In this document: in pieces, positions 1 through 14,885 of the stretch
Position numbering within the stretch: position 1 is the first letter of the stretch
Layout: each line of letters starts with the position of its first letter
Assembly (NCBI RefSeq): GCF_009914755.1
Contig: NC_060942.1
Direction: 5' to 3' (one strand)
Length of the DNA stretch: 64,000 bases
From: the human T2T-CHM13v2.0 reference genome, Homo sapiens
Made by a program: the position numbers and the translations under genes
The notes under the pieces: model-generated
The model's input: only the letters and a program-made list of their open reading frames with translations
Told to the model about the DNA's origin: nothing
Databases searched by the model: none

Positions 1-21
1 ATTTTGAACATTTAAAAAAAA

Positions 22-490
22 ATTTATTTTACTTTAAGTTTCAAGATACACGTGAAGGATGTGCAGGTTTGTTACACAGGTAAACATATGCCATGGTGGT
101 TTGCTGCACCTATCAACCCATTGCCTAGGTATTAAACCCCATATGTATTAGCTATTTATCCTGATGGTCTTCCTCCCCCACTTTCCTGACAGGCCTCAGT
201 GTATGTTGTTACCCTCCCTGTGTCCATATGTTCTCATTGTTCAGCTGCCACTTATAAGTGAGAACATGTGGTGTTTGGTTTTCTGTTCCTGTGTTAGTTT
301 GCTGGGGATAATGGCTTCCAGCTCCATCTATGTCCCTGCAAAGGACGTGATTTCATTCCTTTTTATGAGTGCATAGTATTCCATGGTGTATATGTGCCAC
401 ATTTTCTTTATCCAGTCTATCACTGATGGGCATTTGGGTTGAGTCCATGTCTTTGCTATTGTGAATAGTGCTGCAAATGAACATACACTT
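22..490 (-). mobile_element. L1PA (older primate L1) 3' end, 5'-truncated
   Basis: Reverse-complement L1PA 3'UTR/ORF2 end (gtgcaggtttgttacac...ccatggtggtttgctgcacc...gtgagaacatg...gcatagtattccatggtgtatatgtgccacattttctttatccagtc). Confidence 0.9.
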
Positions 491-619
491 GGTTTTGATT
501 CATTATTTAGACTGGCACTCTCATCTCTTAGTGTTTAATTAGTATGATGATCTTCATGATATAACTGAGAATAAAATGGCCAGTGATTTGTATGTAAACA
601 GAAAATTTTGAAAGGTGGT

Positions 620-800
620 ACTAATAGATGCTTGGTATATGACCAATGCACCTTTAAGAAATTTACATAGGTTATGTTACTTAATGCTCACAAAAAGTAT
701 AGGAGGTAGGTACTGTTGTTTCTGTGTAATAGAGGAGGAAACTGGGGCCCCCAAATTTTAAGTGGCTAGCCAAAAACACAGTGATAGTGTGATTGGCTTA
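620..800 (-). mobile_element. MIR fragment
   Basis: ttaatgctcacaaaaagtataggaggtaggtactgtt...agaggaggaaactgggg resembles the MIR core in reverse orientation. Confidence 0.6.
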
Positions 801-1454
801 ACTTGTTTTGTTGTCTAATTAAACAGACCTTTATAAATTCCATTGTTGAAGAGCAAATCATTAAAATGAAGACTTTTTTTATTGTTTCTTAAGGCATATA
901 CCTTTGAACCTGCTTCATGATGTATGAATCATCTCTGTTCCTTAACCCTGTGGCTACTAATGCTGCTGGGTAAAATGAAAATTACACATCAAGGCAGATT
1001 GGGACCACTATAAATTGGTGACCAGCTATACCATAGCTCTGGTTTTACTGTCAATAGAGGAGGAAAGCCACATGCATAGTGAAGGCAACATTTGAAGTCT
1101 TTGAAAAGGGTCTATTTTTGTTGACTCACAAGCAAGACATTTGGTGATGTCCTAATCAGGCCATTTTATACTGTAATTTTTCTCATTGGAAATTATGTTT
1201 TCATGTGATTATAAAACATATTTTTAGGCAATCAAAATAATAATATTATATCATGATTGGAAAAATAGTCTCAAAAATATCTCTCAACGTGTTTCCCTGA
1301 AGTGCAACAAATAAACAGGAAACAAATTTATTTGGTGATCCCAAGTAGAAACTAACCAAGCAAGATCCTTTACTGCAGGCCTTCTCAGGGCATTGAAAAT
1401 GCTAATGTGAATTTTGAGTCTTCTAGATGGGATATGATGCATCTCAATGTGTTT

Positions 1455-1560
1455 CTTGTTCATTTATTATTCATTCAGCAAATATGTATTGAGTGCCTAT
1501 TTCGTGCTAGGTGATACTCTGGGCATTGGGGTTCAGCGGCCAACAGGACAGACAGACTGC
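1455..1560 (-). mobile_element. L2 3' end fragment
   Basis: tcattcagcaaatatgtattgagtgcctatt...gtgctagg is the typical reverse L2 terminus. Confidence 0.6.
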
Positions 1561-2877
1561 CTAATAAAACCCACTCCAGTGTATGATGCTGACCTACAGT
1601 GGCGGAATAGGATAGCTGCTTATCTTTCTGTTATTTCAGGCCAAGGAAAATGTTAACTAGAGAAACATTTGTGAGAAGAAGAGGGGATTATCAGCAGGAA
1701 GCCAGGCATCTGCCTACCTTTTCCCTTTCTGATAATTAACCATCATCTCCTTACTTTCTCATCTTCTTTGTATTGATCTTTCATCATATAATGGCCACAA
1801 ATAGCAAAAGGAAGGCTTAATAACAAACCTTAAAATGAATAAATAATTACAGCCACTAATCTTCCTCAGCCAACTGATTATTTGTTTAGTGACACTATTA
1901 CATAAAACGAGGTTTACATAATTTAAAAGAACATCGTCATGCAGTTTTTAGAGCTTTTTTTCTATTTGTCCTTGCTTTTGATACCCTTTAAAAAGCAATA
2001 GAAAGGTATATTGCTGCTGGACATGTAGGGACTGAGGGAACAGTTCTATATAGACAGAGGAGTCTTTAAAACAAGAACATGCATCAATTTAAAATTAAAT
2101 GCACTTTTTACACTTTAAATTTTAGTATTCAACCCGTTTCATAATGAGTATAATTATTACCTCTCTAAGAAGTCTAATCTTATCACAAAAATATTGTCTA
2201 CATGTGATACTATCTGGTCATCTGTCTTTAGTCATCATACAGATATTTTGATACCGATTTTCTATATATATACCTCATTTATAATGTCTTTTCTTTGGTA
2301 TTGTGAGAATAAAATTCTTTATGATATTATTTCAGTATACATAAAAAAATTTTCTAATGATACTGTAATTCAAGAATTATGTGTGTGTCCCCTGAAGTAG
2401 AGTCTCAGCAGACAGAAATGCAACCCTGCCCCTCCTGTGAGGAGCTTGAACTGGCTGTGATTCCATGAGCAAGATCGAGAAGACAACTGCCAATCCAGAG
2501 ACTACTTTTAGAAATACTTGATAGGAAAGATATGTAAAAATCTAATTTTTTGGAATAGCTATCTTATGATCCCAGAGTTTGCTTTTGCAATATACATTTA
2601 AAAATGTGAACGCATATAAGAAACTGACATTCTACATTAAAAATCAACACATATTTATTGGGTACCTAAGAAGTGCCAAGTACTGTATTTTATCTCATGT
2701 TTCTTTCTCTGTCTGTGCACAAGCTTTGCAATTTCTCTCTCTCCCACTTCTGGCCAACCACCTTTGATTTTCCTACCCTGAATTCTCAAATAACTCTAGT
2801 TTGAACAGGGACAGTTTATCTTGGGTCTTCTATGTCCAAATTTACATAATATTTAAATGAATCCCATAGCAGAGCAT

Positions 2878-2925
2878 CCTGATTTTCTTAATTCTAAATT
2901 CCTGATTTTCTTAATTCTAAATTCT
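2878..2925. repeat. 23-bp tandem duplication
   Basis: tcctgattttcttaattctaaat occurs twice in tandem. Confidence 0.85.
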
Positions 2926-3049
2926 AAAAATCTGTCTTCTTGATCCTGTTCATGGGTCTGAGTATGGCTAGATTATGATGTGCTGACTCTTGGTTATGGC
3001 AGAAGATATCTGGATAGGAATTCTCCCTGAAAAGGGAAAGTTAGCAGAA

Positions 3050-3450
3050 GTCAGCTAGGCTGTTTGGATTTCAAGTAACAGAAATTTCTGTGGCATATTA
3101 ATTCTTCCTTCAGGAAAATAGTAAAATGGCTTTATCTGTTCCAGGTTTTACATCTGGAATCAACAACAAGAAGGAGAAGGAACGTCTCTTTTATGTAACT
3201 TTTAGGAGCAATGACAACTTTGCCCAAAGCACCTAACTGGCTTTTCTCTAAGATTTCATAGATCAGAAGTGGTTCAAAAGCACCTTTGTAAACTGACCAC
3301 TGCCACAGAAATCCCAGTTAACATGCCAGGTATGATTACTGACTGACAAGTCAGAATATGTTCCCAGGCTGAGGGGGAGGCTTAATTCCCCTTCTTAATT
3401 CAAGAGAAGGGTCACTACAAACAACATTGGAATTCTGTTAAGAATGTGCA
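3050..3450 (-). mobile_element. Old MaLR LTR (MLT1J/K-like), degraded
   Basis: tttcaagtaacagaaa and gatcagaagtggttcaaaagcacc...ctgaccactgcc resemble a reverse MLT1J/K. Confidence 0.4.
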
Positions 3451-3593
3451 TCTTAAAATAAATCTATTATTTCTTATCATGTTATTCTGCTACTAACTTC
3501 TCTCCTATGAGGAATTAACACCAAAATGCTGCTTAGTGAATTCCCCAAATTAACTGAGATCCATAGATGCTGGCCCACTAAAAGCCCAAATGT

Positions 3594-4510
3594 ACAACAT
3601 CACTAATCATCAGTGAAATGCAAATCAAAACCATAATGAGATACCATTTCAATCTGTTAGTTAGAATGACTATTCTCAAAAAGACAAAAGAAAACCAGTG
3701 TTGGCAAAGATGTGGAGAAAGGGGAATATTTACACACTGTCGGTGGGATTGTAAACTAGTACAACCATTATAGAAAACATTATGGAGGTTCCTAAAAAAT
3801 TAAAAATATAACTACCAAAAGATACAGCAGTCCCTCTACGGAGTATATATCCAAAGGAAAAGAAATCAGTATGTCAAAGAGATCTCTGCATTCACATATT
3901 TATTGCATCATTATTTACAATAGCCAAGACATGAAATCAACCTAAGTGTTAAACAGTAGATAAATGGATAAAGAAAAGGTGGTATATATACAAAATGAAA
4001 TACTGTTCAGTCATAAAAAGAATGAAATCCTATCATTTACAACAACATGTAAAGATGAACCTGGAGGATATTATGCTAAGTGAAATAACCAGACACAGAC
4101 AGACAGGCACTGCATAATCCCACTCATATGTGGAATCTAAGGGAAAAAAGTTAACATCATAGAAGCAGAAAGTAGAACAATAGTTACCAGAGACTGCTGA
4201 GGGGAGGGGAAAGGGGATAACAGGGAAAGATCACAATAAGAAGAAATAAATGTTGGTGTTCTATTGCATAGTAGGATGAGTATGTAATATACTATTTCAG
4301 TGAACAGTAAAATATTGCGTACTACAAAATAGCTAGAAGAGGGGCTTTTGGAAGTTCTCACAACAAAAAATAATAAATGTGTGAGATAATGGATGCATTA
4401 ACTATTTGGTTGGATTGGAGTAGTTACAACATAGATATATATTGGAAGATCAAATTGTATCCTACCAATATGTACAATTACAACATGTCTATTAAAAGAT
4501 AAATAATTTT
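3594..4510 (+). mobile_element. L1MA-type 3' end
   Basis: catcactaatcatcagtgaaatgcaaatcaaaacc (ORF2 C-terminus) through the 3'UTR to an A-rich end. Confidence 0.9.
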
Positions 4511-4681
4511 TTTGAAAAGATAGCCCAAGCTTCATAATGTTATACTGGGTGTCTAGATTTCATAATAAATAAGACTGATTGAGTTTGTGTCAATTATTGT
4601 ATGTGTAAGTATATATGTTATTTAACAATCTAGAGACCTTGGGCAACTCATTTCACAGTTCTTGAAAGAGTCAGTTACCAA

Positions 4682-4686
4682 GTGTG

Positions 4687-4728
<42 letters not shown>
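4682..4728. repeat. (TG)n microsatellite
   Basis: About 19 uninterrupted TG units; Z-DNA-prone. Confidence 0.95.
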
Positions 4729-4729
<1 letters not shown>

Positions 4730-7609
4730 AGGTGGGGAGGTTGTGTGTGCAGGGGAAGTTGGGGGTGTCATACAATTTGCCCAACATCCTTACCAGACTT
4801 TTTTTAGAAGGAATGTTGTTTGCAGAAGGGCTAAGGCTGTGAAGTGTTATGCAAATGTATGCCATTATCATGCCCCTTTCTCATTAACACTCCCAAATCC
4901 CTCATGCAGATACAAAATATCCGCAGGAAAAAAAATATTTTTTTCATATAAATAAATAAAAATATGTAAAAGAATGGTTTGATTAAAACTGGCTGGTTTG
5001 AGATTTGGTCTTATTTTGAAATGAGGTCAGCCTGGTTGGGTTTTGAATTTCAATAGAGAAATTTTGCATGGCTCTCTGAGTTATACAAAGATATTTTAAA
5101 TGTTGGGAAAAAGAAAGCCCCTCACAGATAGCAGCAGGAATCACACTGGCAGAGTTGAAGGAAGTAGAGAAGCAAATCCAAACTGAGGAGAACAAATACA
5201 TATTTTCTCTCAGGGTGTTCAAAGAGCAGGAGAATAAAGGAGACAAAGGGAGGCTGTGATAGAAGGCAACTGATACTGCACCTCCAGAAAGAGGAGGGCT
5301 CCCTGCTGAAAGGAGCTGAGTGCAAGAAGGGTGCTCAGGGGCCACGGGGACTGTGTGGAGCAGTGACAAGGGAATAGTGCTGAGAATCCAGTCTCCTGGG
5401 GTTTTGTCCAGGCCTTGCTCTTATCAAGTCTTTTGACTTTGGACATGTCATGGCATATCTAGGACTGAAGTTTTCTCAACTGTGAAATGAGGAGTCTGGG
5501 TGAGAATAGACTGTTTCTCAGAACAAACCTGGTTCACTGCGGAAGGTCAGGTCAAGGATTATGCATGCCTCACTCACTGTACATACCATTGTTGCGGCCC
5601 CAAGAAGCCTCGATATACATAAAATGAGGCCATGCAGGCCAAGTTTTCTTATTGATGGGGGTGCACACATAAAATGGAGATCAAAGTTTTGAGATGCAAA
5701 TATAACATCATCTTTTCTTAACATAAATGCAATGGAGCTTTTAAATGTTTAAACTCGAAGGCAGAAAGAAATAGCCTTTTTATAACTACCTTATTGGAAA
5801 GTGGGTTTTCAAAAATGCCCAGAAAGATATTGGAAATTTCATAAGCATTATCCTCTGCCGACAGTTGTGATTTCAGCCCTAGATTTGAGCCCTGTAATCT
5901 TTTTACAAAGATCGACCCATGTGATTCTTATGAGTGCCCCAGATGAGAGCCAAGGCCCTAAAGGAAAAGATGGCTAACATGACTGGATTCTCCAAAAAAG
6001 TATATTGTCATTGACATTATTCATCACATGGCTACACAAAAGTCAATGTCAAAATTATTTTTAGAATTCGGGGCTAGAATATAAAATAATATGTACAGTT
6101 TAGCTATTACCTATCTACTAGACATAATTAAACATTATACACTTGAAAAATATATACCAATACTTTTTTAAAATGTGCTTCTTTGGTGTTCAGATTATAA
6201 GTGATTTTCAATTTATTTTAACAATTATAAGTGATTGTTCAACTATTTACCTCAGTTTCAAGAAATCTCAAAAGCAAATTTGAAACTCAAGTCATGGCAA
6301 CTAGATAGACAAGTTTTAATTCATATTTTGTCTTCCCCTTATCATTGAAGCAGATTTTTAAAAATTATACATTATTATTTCAAGTATACATTTTAGTATA
6401 AATTTCTTTACTGCCATAGTGTAAAACATAAAAGAAAAGAACAGAAGAGAAGGTGTAGGGGCAATGAATAAAGGGAAAAAATTATGTCTCAAAAAGGGGA
6501 GGATGAAAACAAGGGGAAAGAAAGGAAATGAGACGGCAAGAAGGAAAGCATAGCAGGCTCATTCAAGAGGAACTCCTCTGAACCTGCTGCTATCATACAT
6601 TCAGAAACACCTGTGTTTGGAAATGACCAAGTCATTTTCAGCCCAAGTGAGGGGTGCTTCAAGAATGAGAACCAGAATGTGAGGTCAGAGGATGCTTCAT
6701 GTTCTAGGTTGTGAAACGGTCAACAGAGTTTCTCATGATGTGTACTGAACGGGCAAGCTGAGATTTCTGCAGAGCACCCATTTCAATCAAGAAATACAAC
6801 ATCTTCTAATTCCAGATAAGGCAGTGGGTAAGAAACACCTAGGTTGGTGTGACATCAGCAGTCTCCTAGAAACGTACCTTCTATTTACTGAAATGATTCT
6901 GAATTAAGCCTGGGAGCTGCTTATCAGCTAAATTTCCTGAAGCAAAATGTCAGTATCACTTTATTTGTAAAAGTTCTTTTTATCAGGGAGAGAAAAGTTG
7001 AAAATCAGATGTTCTGATATCATGTAAGTAATAACCCCAAAATGGCTTGATTTGCAGGATGATACGCTGTGGAAACTCTCCTAACACCTCCCAGTTGTGT
7101 AGTTTCCCAAATCAGTTTTACATAAATAGAAAGGTGTGCAATCTTCCAGTTAATATTAATGTGCTCATTTGCAAATGAGTTAAAATAACATGACATATCT
7201 GGGACTCGCCTCATTGACCCCTTTGGTTAGTGGTGATTCATTAAGCGGTCACTCCTTAAGACAGTAGTACTTGCTTGAACTGCTATTTACATTTGAAGAC
7301 CTTTGCTAGGAATTTACAAATTTTCAGCAGGAATCTACATCATAGTTAGGTAGACAGGTTTGTCATGTGTGTTTGTGTGTGTTTAGGGGAGGGTAGGTGG
7401 ACACAAGTAAAGAGAAGAAATGGGGTCACTTTAGTTGAAATAAATAAATTTAGAATTGTTCAGCTGATGTAAGAATGAGTTTGAACTGAGGGTAAGGTGG
7501 GTTTTCAAATAAATGGTTAATAGTGTTCTTGTGCAGATCTTGGTGGGTTTCTTGAAATCCACTCTAAAGTTATCCATTTAACCCATTTTGGGGGACACAT
7601 ACCACATTT

Positions 7610-8930
<1,321 letters not shown>

Positions 8931-9329
8931 CAACATTCTTTTCCATACGAAGTATGGTGATACATTTCTAGATACATTTCAGATACATTTCTACCCAACA
9001 CAGAAACGATTCACACATGCTTGATAGATGTTCCTCCAAGCATGTGCTTGACTGAATTAATCAGCTTTTAAAATTGAACACAGGAAATCTCGATCATATC
9101 TTTTAGCATCTACCTTAACTTACCTGCTGTCCCGTTTAATTTTCACATATATGAAGAATTGTCCACCTCTATGAAAAAGTATATTTATAGTATGTGAGTA
9201 TATGCTCTGTGTCAGGTAATTTATCTCATTCACATCTCTTAGAAACTGTGGATAGAAGTTCTTATCTCCATTTTATATAGGAAAAAAATCTAAGGTTTAC
9301 AAAGCCTTCCACCATATAGAACTTTAAAA

Positions 9330-10560
9330 CCTAAAATTATATATATATATAATATATATTTTAAATCATGAGTGTGTGTTATAATACACACAGATGAAGC
9401 ATGAATTGTTTATAAATATGATAGATTTATCACAGTATAAACCCCTATATAACATGACATAGTCAAATCAAGAAATAGAACTCACACTCCAAAAGCTCTC
9501 ATACCCCTCCAAACCACTGTACCTTGCTCCCCCAAAGTAATCATTATTCTGATGTTCCATAGTCACTTTTCTTTATTGTTTTATCAGATAAGCATAGATT
9601 ACTAAACACTATAGTTAAGTTTTGCATGTTTATGTTTTAACATTTACATGAATCATGTCTTACATGTGATATTTTGTGTCTGGCATCTTTGACTCAATAC
9701 TGTATTTGTGAAACTTATCCATGTTTTTTGGATGTAGCCATAGTCCATTTACTTCCTGTGCTGCCTGCTATTCCATCATGTGACATATCACAATTTACTT
9801 GTCCATTCTGCCATTAAAGAATGTTTGGGTTGTTTCCTGTATTTCGTCTACTATGAAAATGATACTTCAGACTTTTTTTATGCACATGTCTTAGTGCAAA
9901 TGTTCACAGATTCCTGCAGGGTTTGTACTAGTGAAATTGCCAGGTTTCAGGAAATATGTATCTCCAACTTTACTAAATGATGCCAAACAGTTTGACAAAG
10001 GATTTGTACTAATTTACATTTCTACTAGCACCACAGGAGAGTTCCATATGCAACATTTTTCTATGGTAATATTTTATATTGTCATTCTTCTTAGTTTTAG
10101 ATATTATGTGAGAACATAATAATATCTTATTTGATTTTAACCCTCAGTTCACTTTTAATGTGGTTGAATTTTTTTTCATTTTTGTATTTTCTCTTGTGAA
10201 ATACCAATTTAAATCCCTAGCTAACCTTTCTTTTGGCTTGTTAGCATTGGTCTTATTGATTTGGAGGATATATTCTAGATTTTTTTAAATTTATATTTTC
10301 TAATTTTTAAATTTGACATAAAATTATATGCATTTACCATATAAAACATGATGTTTTAAAATATATACACATTGTGGAATGGCTTGGATTTTTAAATGTA
10401 TTCCAAAATCAAGATTTTCATTAATTATATCAACTTCCAAACAGTGGCTTGCCTTTTTAATCTTTTTATAGTGTCATTTGACCAAATTTGTCAATCTTTT
10501 CCTTTAGGGTAGTGTTTTTGAATCCTGTTAAGAAGGCAGACATTATTTCTTCATTAAGTA
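9330..10560 (-). mobile_element. Old L1 (L1ME/MC-type) 3' region, with a short L1MA 3' fragment near 10290-10385
   Basis: Reverse L1 3'UTR/ORF2 motifs: gtctggcatctttgactcaatac, ccattctgccattaaagaatgtttgggttgtttcc, atgccaaacag, tactaatttacatt. Confidence 0.7.
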
Positions 10561-13131
10561 CTTGATAAAATTAAATCCTTAAACCGTATAAGTTTTTAAT
10601 TTTGCTTATGGATTCAACTTATTTACTTAAAATACTTCTTGTGTCCATGTGGGTGGATGGTATTTTTTTTTCTATAATTTTGTCCATTTTATCTAGATTT
10701 TAAAATTAGCAAAAATGTGTTTGCAATATCTATCCTCACATAATTTAAATGTTGGTCAAATCTGTATTGATATCTCTGTTTCATTTATGAATATTGATGC
10801 CTTCTCTCTCTTTTTTCTTTTTTTATCAACCTATCAGCGTATTTATTGCTCATGTTATTAGCTTCTCTTTTACACACACACACACACACACCCCACACCC
10901 ATATACTACTTTTGCTGTGCCTTTAGTCCTGAAAGTGTCAAAGTTCAGTTCTACCTCTCACATTTAAGAACTTGCAAATACCCTTAGCCGGAGAGACACC
11001 CTCAATGCCAGGTTGTCCTCTCTAGATGTCAGCCTCCCAGTCTCAGCCTGGAAACTCTGCACTTTCTAATTAGCACTCCACTCCCTTCAACCACACTAAA
11101 ATAAAATGTTGTCAAGTAATCTAGTTATTCTTTTGAAAAATAATTATTGATAATTAATATTTAATTCCAAATTTGTTTTGGTCTAAAAATGGTTTACATT
11201 CCACCCTAACTCAGTCTACCAATACCACAATCAAACCGATACCAAAATCAAATGCTTGATCATTCTGGCTGGTATTGTTTCTCATTTATTTATATCCATT
11301 TATCTTATCTTCCAATATATTTTATATGATTCTATGAGTGATTTTCCAGGATGAGTTCCAAACCGCCCCCAACAGCACACATTCAAAACAGGGTCGTGCA
11401 TATAGTCAATCAATAACACTTTCTGAATAAAAGTGGATCACACTTAATAAAGAAGGAAATATTTTTTAGGTTATTTCTGGTTGTCCAAGCCAACCAACTG
11501 CTTCCCAACCTGGGTCCCCAACATTCAGCTGATTTTTGCATTGTGTAAATACAGCTTAAAAATCTAGTTTGTGAAAATCCTTCAAACTGGTTATTTGGAA
11601 ATTGCTTCCAATCTAAATCCATCCACATACATGCCTCAAAACCATCAGTCTGAACAACCCAAAATGAATGGAGAATGTGGGTTGGGGAGAGAGACCTGTT
11701 CTCTGCTGTGATGTTCTTTTCAGAAGTCATGTGAATATTATCAGTAAAGAGCATTCCTAAATATCCTCCTTTTAATATACAGCTCCCTCTTTTTTCCTTA
11801 CATCCTTTCTGACTAGGTTTCTAAACTACAGCCTTGGCTTCAGATGATTATTCATATCATCATTATTCCAGACTAAAAGCCGTTAAGTAAATACCCAAGA
11901 CTTGAAAAATTGTGAAGGATAATTCTTACATAACACGAACTTCATTATATGGTTCTGTCATCCTCTCCTTCCTCCAATTTCTTTCACTCTAATATTTTTG
12001 TCTATTTAGTAACATTATTTCTTATGTACTTTTACACCATATTCAGTATAAATAGCATAATTAGCAGTGGAAAATAATTTGTTGCCTTCCTGCATTTATT
12101 TATGTTCAAAAGATCATGTAAAGTTCTGCTACATTAAAATTTAATTCGAGAGAAAACGAGTTTTGTTCATTTCTCAATGCAATGCCCATTTCTGTTCAGC
12201 TTGTATGAATGATAAAATATTATCGGTCCATGTTTTTCTATTTGGTTTCTAGGCATTTGTGTAAACTAGTTAGGAAAAGCAAGTGTTGCTTTGTTAGGCA
12301 TGTGTTCAAAGAAGTATTGTAGAGACATATTTTATTCTGGGCACCCTGTCACCATGTAGACAGGGCCCAATCCATTATTTAGCAGTTAATTTGTTAATCG
12401 ATTGACCAATTGGTTCAGGGATTTTTTACTCTTAGATTACCAAAAGGAAGAAAAAGGAAAGAAAGAAAACAACGACAACAAAAAGCCTCCTCTGTAGGGT
12501 AAATTAAAGGAAATTGCATCAAAATCGAAAATGCACTGGTGTTTACAGATCTAGATTAAATCTGACACAGATTGGCAAACAATGAAAAAGGTTCCCTTGC
12601 TCGGAGCATAAACATTTTGAATCTCGCCAGAGTGATGTCAAATCTTAGAAAGCAAGTAAACTGAAGTGCCCTTCTGGGGTGGATGTGGGGGCACAAGCAG
12701 GCAGAAGGAGTTACCTTCAGGTTGGCTTAAAGTCGTCCAGATTTTCTCTCCAGGTTTGGAGAAAAAGTGGAAAATTTTCCACTTTTCAAGATTCTTTTAC
12801 AGATTTCATTACCTCCTCCTTTCTCCCAATCTTTAGCTGAAAGTAGAGATGAAGTAGACAAATGCACTGTGAATATACACACTTTGATACACTGAGGATG
12901 CCCATAATATCTTAAGAAGGGGAGAATTGTGAAATTCACAATTAAAATGAATTTATATGAATTATTAGATGACTTTATGCAAAACAATAAATCGATTGCC
13001 ATTGCTATTAATGAGTATTTTAATAGAGAAATATGAGTCAAGTCACTTAATTTTTATGTAACTAGTCTTCTCTCTAAGTTAATTTACATTTATGTTTACC
13101 ATATTCTTTCAAGTACTATTTTTGAGGGGTG

Positions 13132-13162
<31 letters not shown>

Positions 13163-14598
13163 ACAGGGAGAGTAGTATTCATGCTTATCCTCAGCCATTT
13201 ATATTCCATCAATTCTCATTGACACCATATGTATTTCACATCATTACTTTTTTGTCTGCCTTGGTAGTTCAAAGGAATCAAATTTGTGAAAAACTCTTGT
13301 TACCTTTCCTGAAGGTTAAGATGTGAGATAATGGCAAAGATAAAATTTTAAATGCCTTCCCTACAAGAACAATAAGAGAAGAATAAACCGAGCTACTTGA
13401 AAATTTTTTTATTAGTGCATAGGGCTGGTCTGGATAGTCACCTCTGTGCCCCCATCTCTTTTCACCCATCTCTTTCTAAAAAGGTAAGGTCAGGTTTATC
13501 TGGAACTTGTCTTCTCCTTCAGACTCCATCCACAATACCACCTGGAAGAGAGCCCTGTAGAAAGCATTTATGGAAATATAGAAAATAGAGTTCAGCCCTT
13601 TCCTGGTCTGTGAAATCAAGAGACACTCAAGAGGAATTGAGATTACTGAGTTTCTGCTAATTGCTAAGGATCCTCAGGGTCAACAACCTGTCACCTTTCA
13701 ATGCACAACTAACCTCCAATAAGGGTAGTGTTGAATAAATTAGTTAGGACATATGCCCAGGAGGGGAATAAGAACAGCAGAGTATCCTGTCCAGGAAGGA
13801 AGCATTTTTACCATGTTCAGCATAACCTTATAAGCGTGGTGGGAAAAGCCTTTGTTATTTGAGCCCATAAAAGTCTGTGGCCTCCTCTCTGGAAACATTA
13901 CTTCCTCTACCTCTCAAATGCCAGTTTTAAAATTTTATTCCTCTGCCTACCCTGTTTCTGAAATGAACCCCCACCCCCCACCCCCAATGTTGTTGACTTT
14001 ACTTCTACTTATTATTCTTTACTGACCAGGTGCCAACTCTTCTGAGAAGCCTCTGTGAACTGCTTCTCAACAGGATTAGCCACTTTATTTTTCTCACCTC
14101 CTCCCTTAATGGCATTTCCATTATTGCTGGCATTTTGCTGTAATTTAATTATTATTGTCTAGGTCTTTTGCCTCCTCTCTTCAGCATCTGCCTCTCAACA
14201 TCAAACTAAGAGTTTCTTGAGGCTAAGTCTCCAATCTTTCATCTTCCCATCCTGGAAAATCTGAGCTACTGGTGTGCAGTAAAGCCAAATGTGTGCAAAC
14301 AGAAGTGATGAAATTCAGAATTATTTGAATGATTTTCTTAAATCAGCAAAGAGAACAAACTTTTGCAGATGCCCTGTGTGATAAGAAGCACACTCATTCA
14401 ACAAGTTTAGAACATCCATTTAATCCTGCTCTTTTCTTGCTAATATTCAAATTTCTTTAGTTGACTTGTATTTCAGGACCTTGTTGAAAAAATAACAATA
14501 TTCTAGATTCTAGAGTCTAGAAAAGTAGGATCAACCTTTGACATATATCAGAATTGAGGGACTAAGTGGCTAAGTTGGCTGGACTTCCTGGGTCAACA

Positions 14599-14885
14599 GG
14601 GACTTCCCCAGGGGGACTTTCCCCTAAGCCAAAATGAGTCATAGCTGCAAGGTACGGGATTGAAACTTCACCCAATCAACAGGGACTTTCCCCTAAGCCA
14701 AAATGAGTCATAGCTGCAAGCGAAGGGATTAAAACTTCAACCAATGAAAGGGGACTTTCCCCTAAACCAAAATGAGTCATAGCTGCAAGCTAAGGGATTG
14801 AAATTTCAAGCAATCAAAGGGGACTTTCTCCTAAGCCAAAATGAGTCACAGCTGCAAACTAAGGCATTGAAACTTCAACCAATCA
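14599..14885 (+). promoter_or_regulatory. 4 x 69-bp tandem array in the LTR U3 with NF-kB, AP-1 and CCAAT motifs
   Basis: GGGACTTTCC at 14613, 14682, 14751 (GGGACTTTCT at 14820; GGGACTTCCC at 14599); TGAGTCA at 14635, 14704, 14773, 14842; CCAAT at 14672, 14741, 14879. Confidence 0.8.

Noticed and set aside
13415-13483. Plus-strand exon-like segment (ttttttattag|...AAG|gtaagg)
   Set aside because: Isolated and weak; recorded as a reminder that pseudo-exons occur on both strands.
14613-14885. Regularly spaced repeats as a CRISPR-like array
   Set aside because: Units are contiguous tandem copies with no unique spacers, inside a primate LTR.
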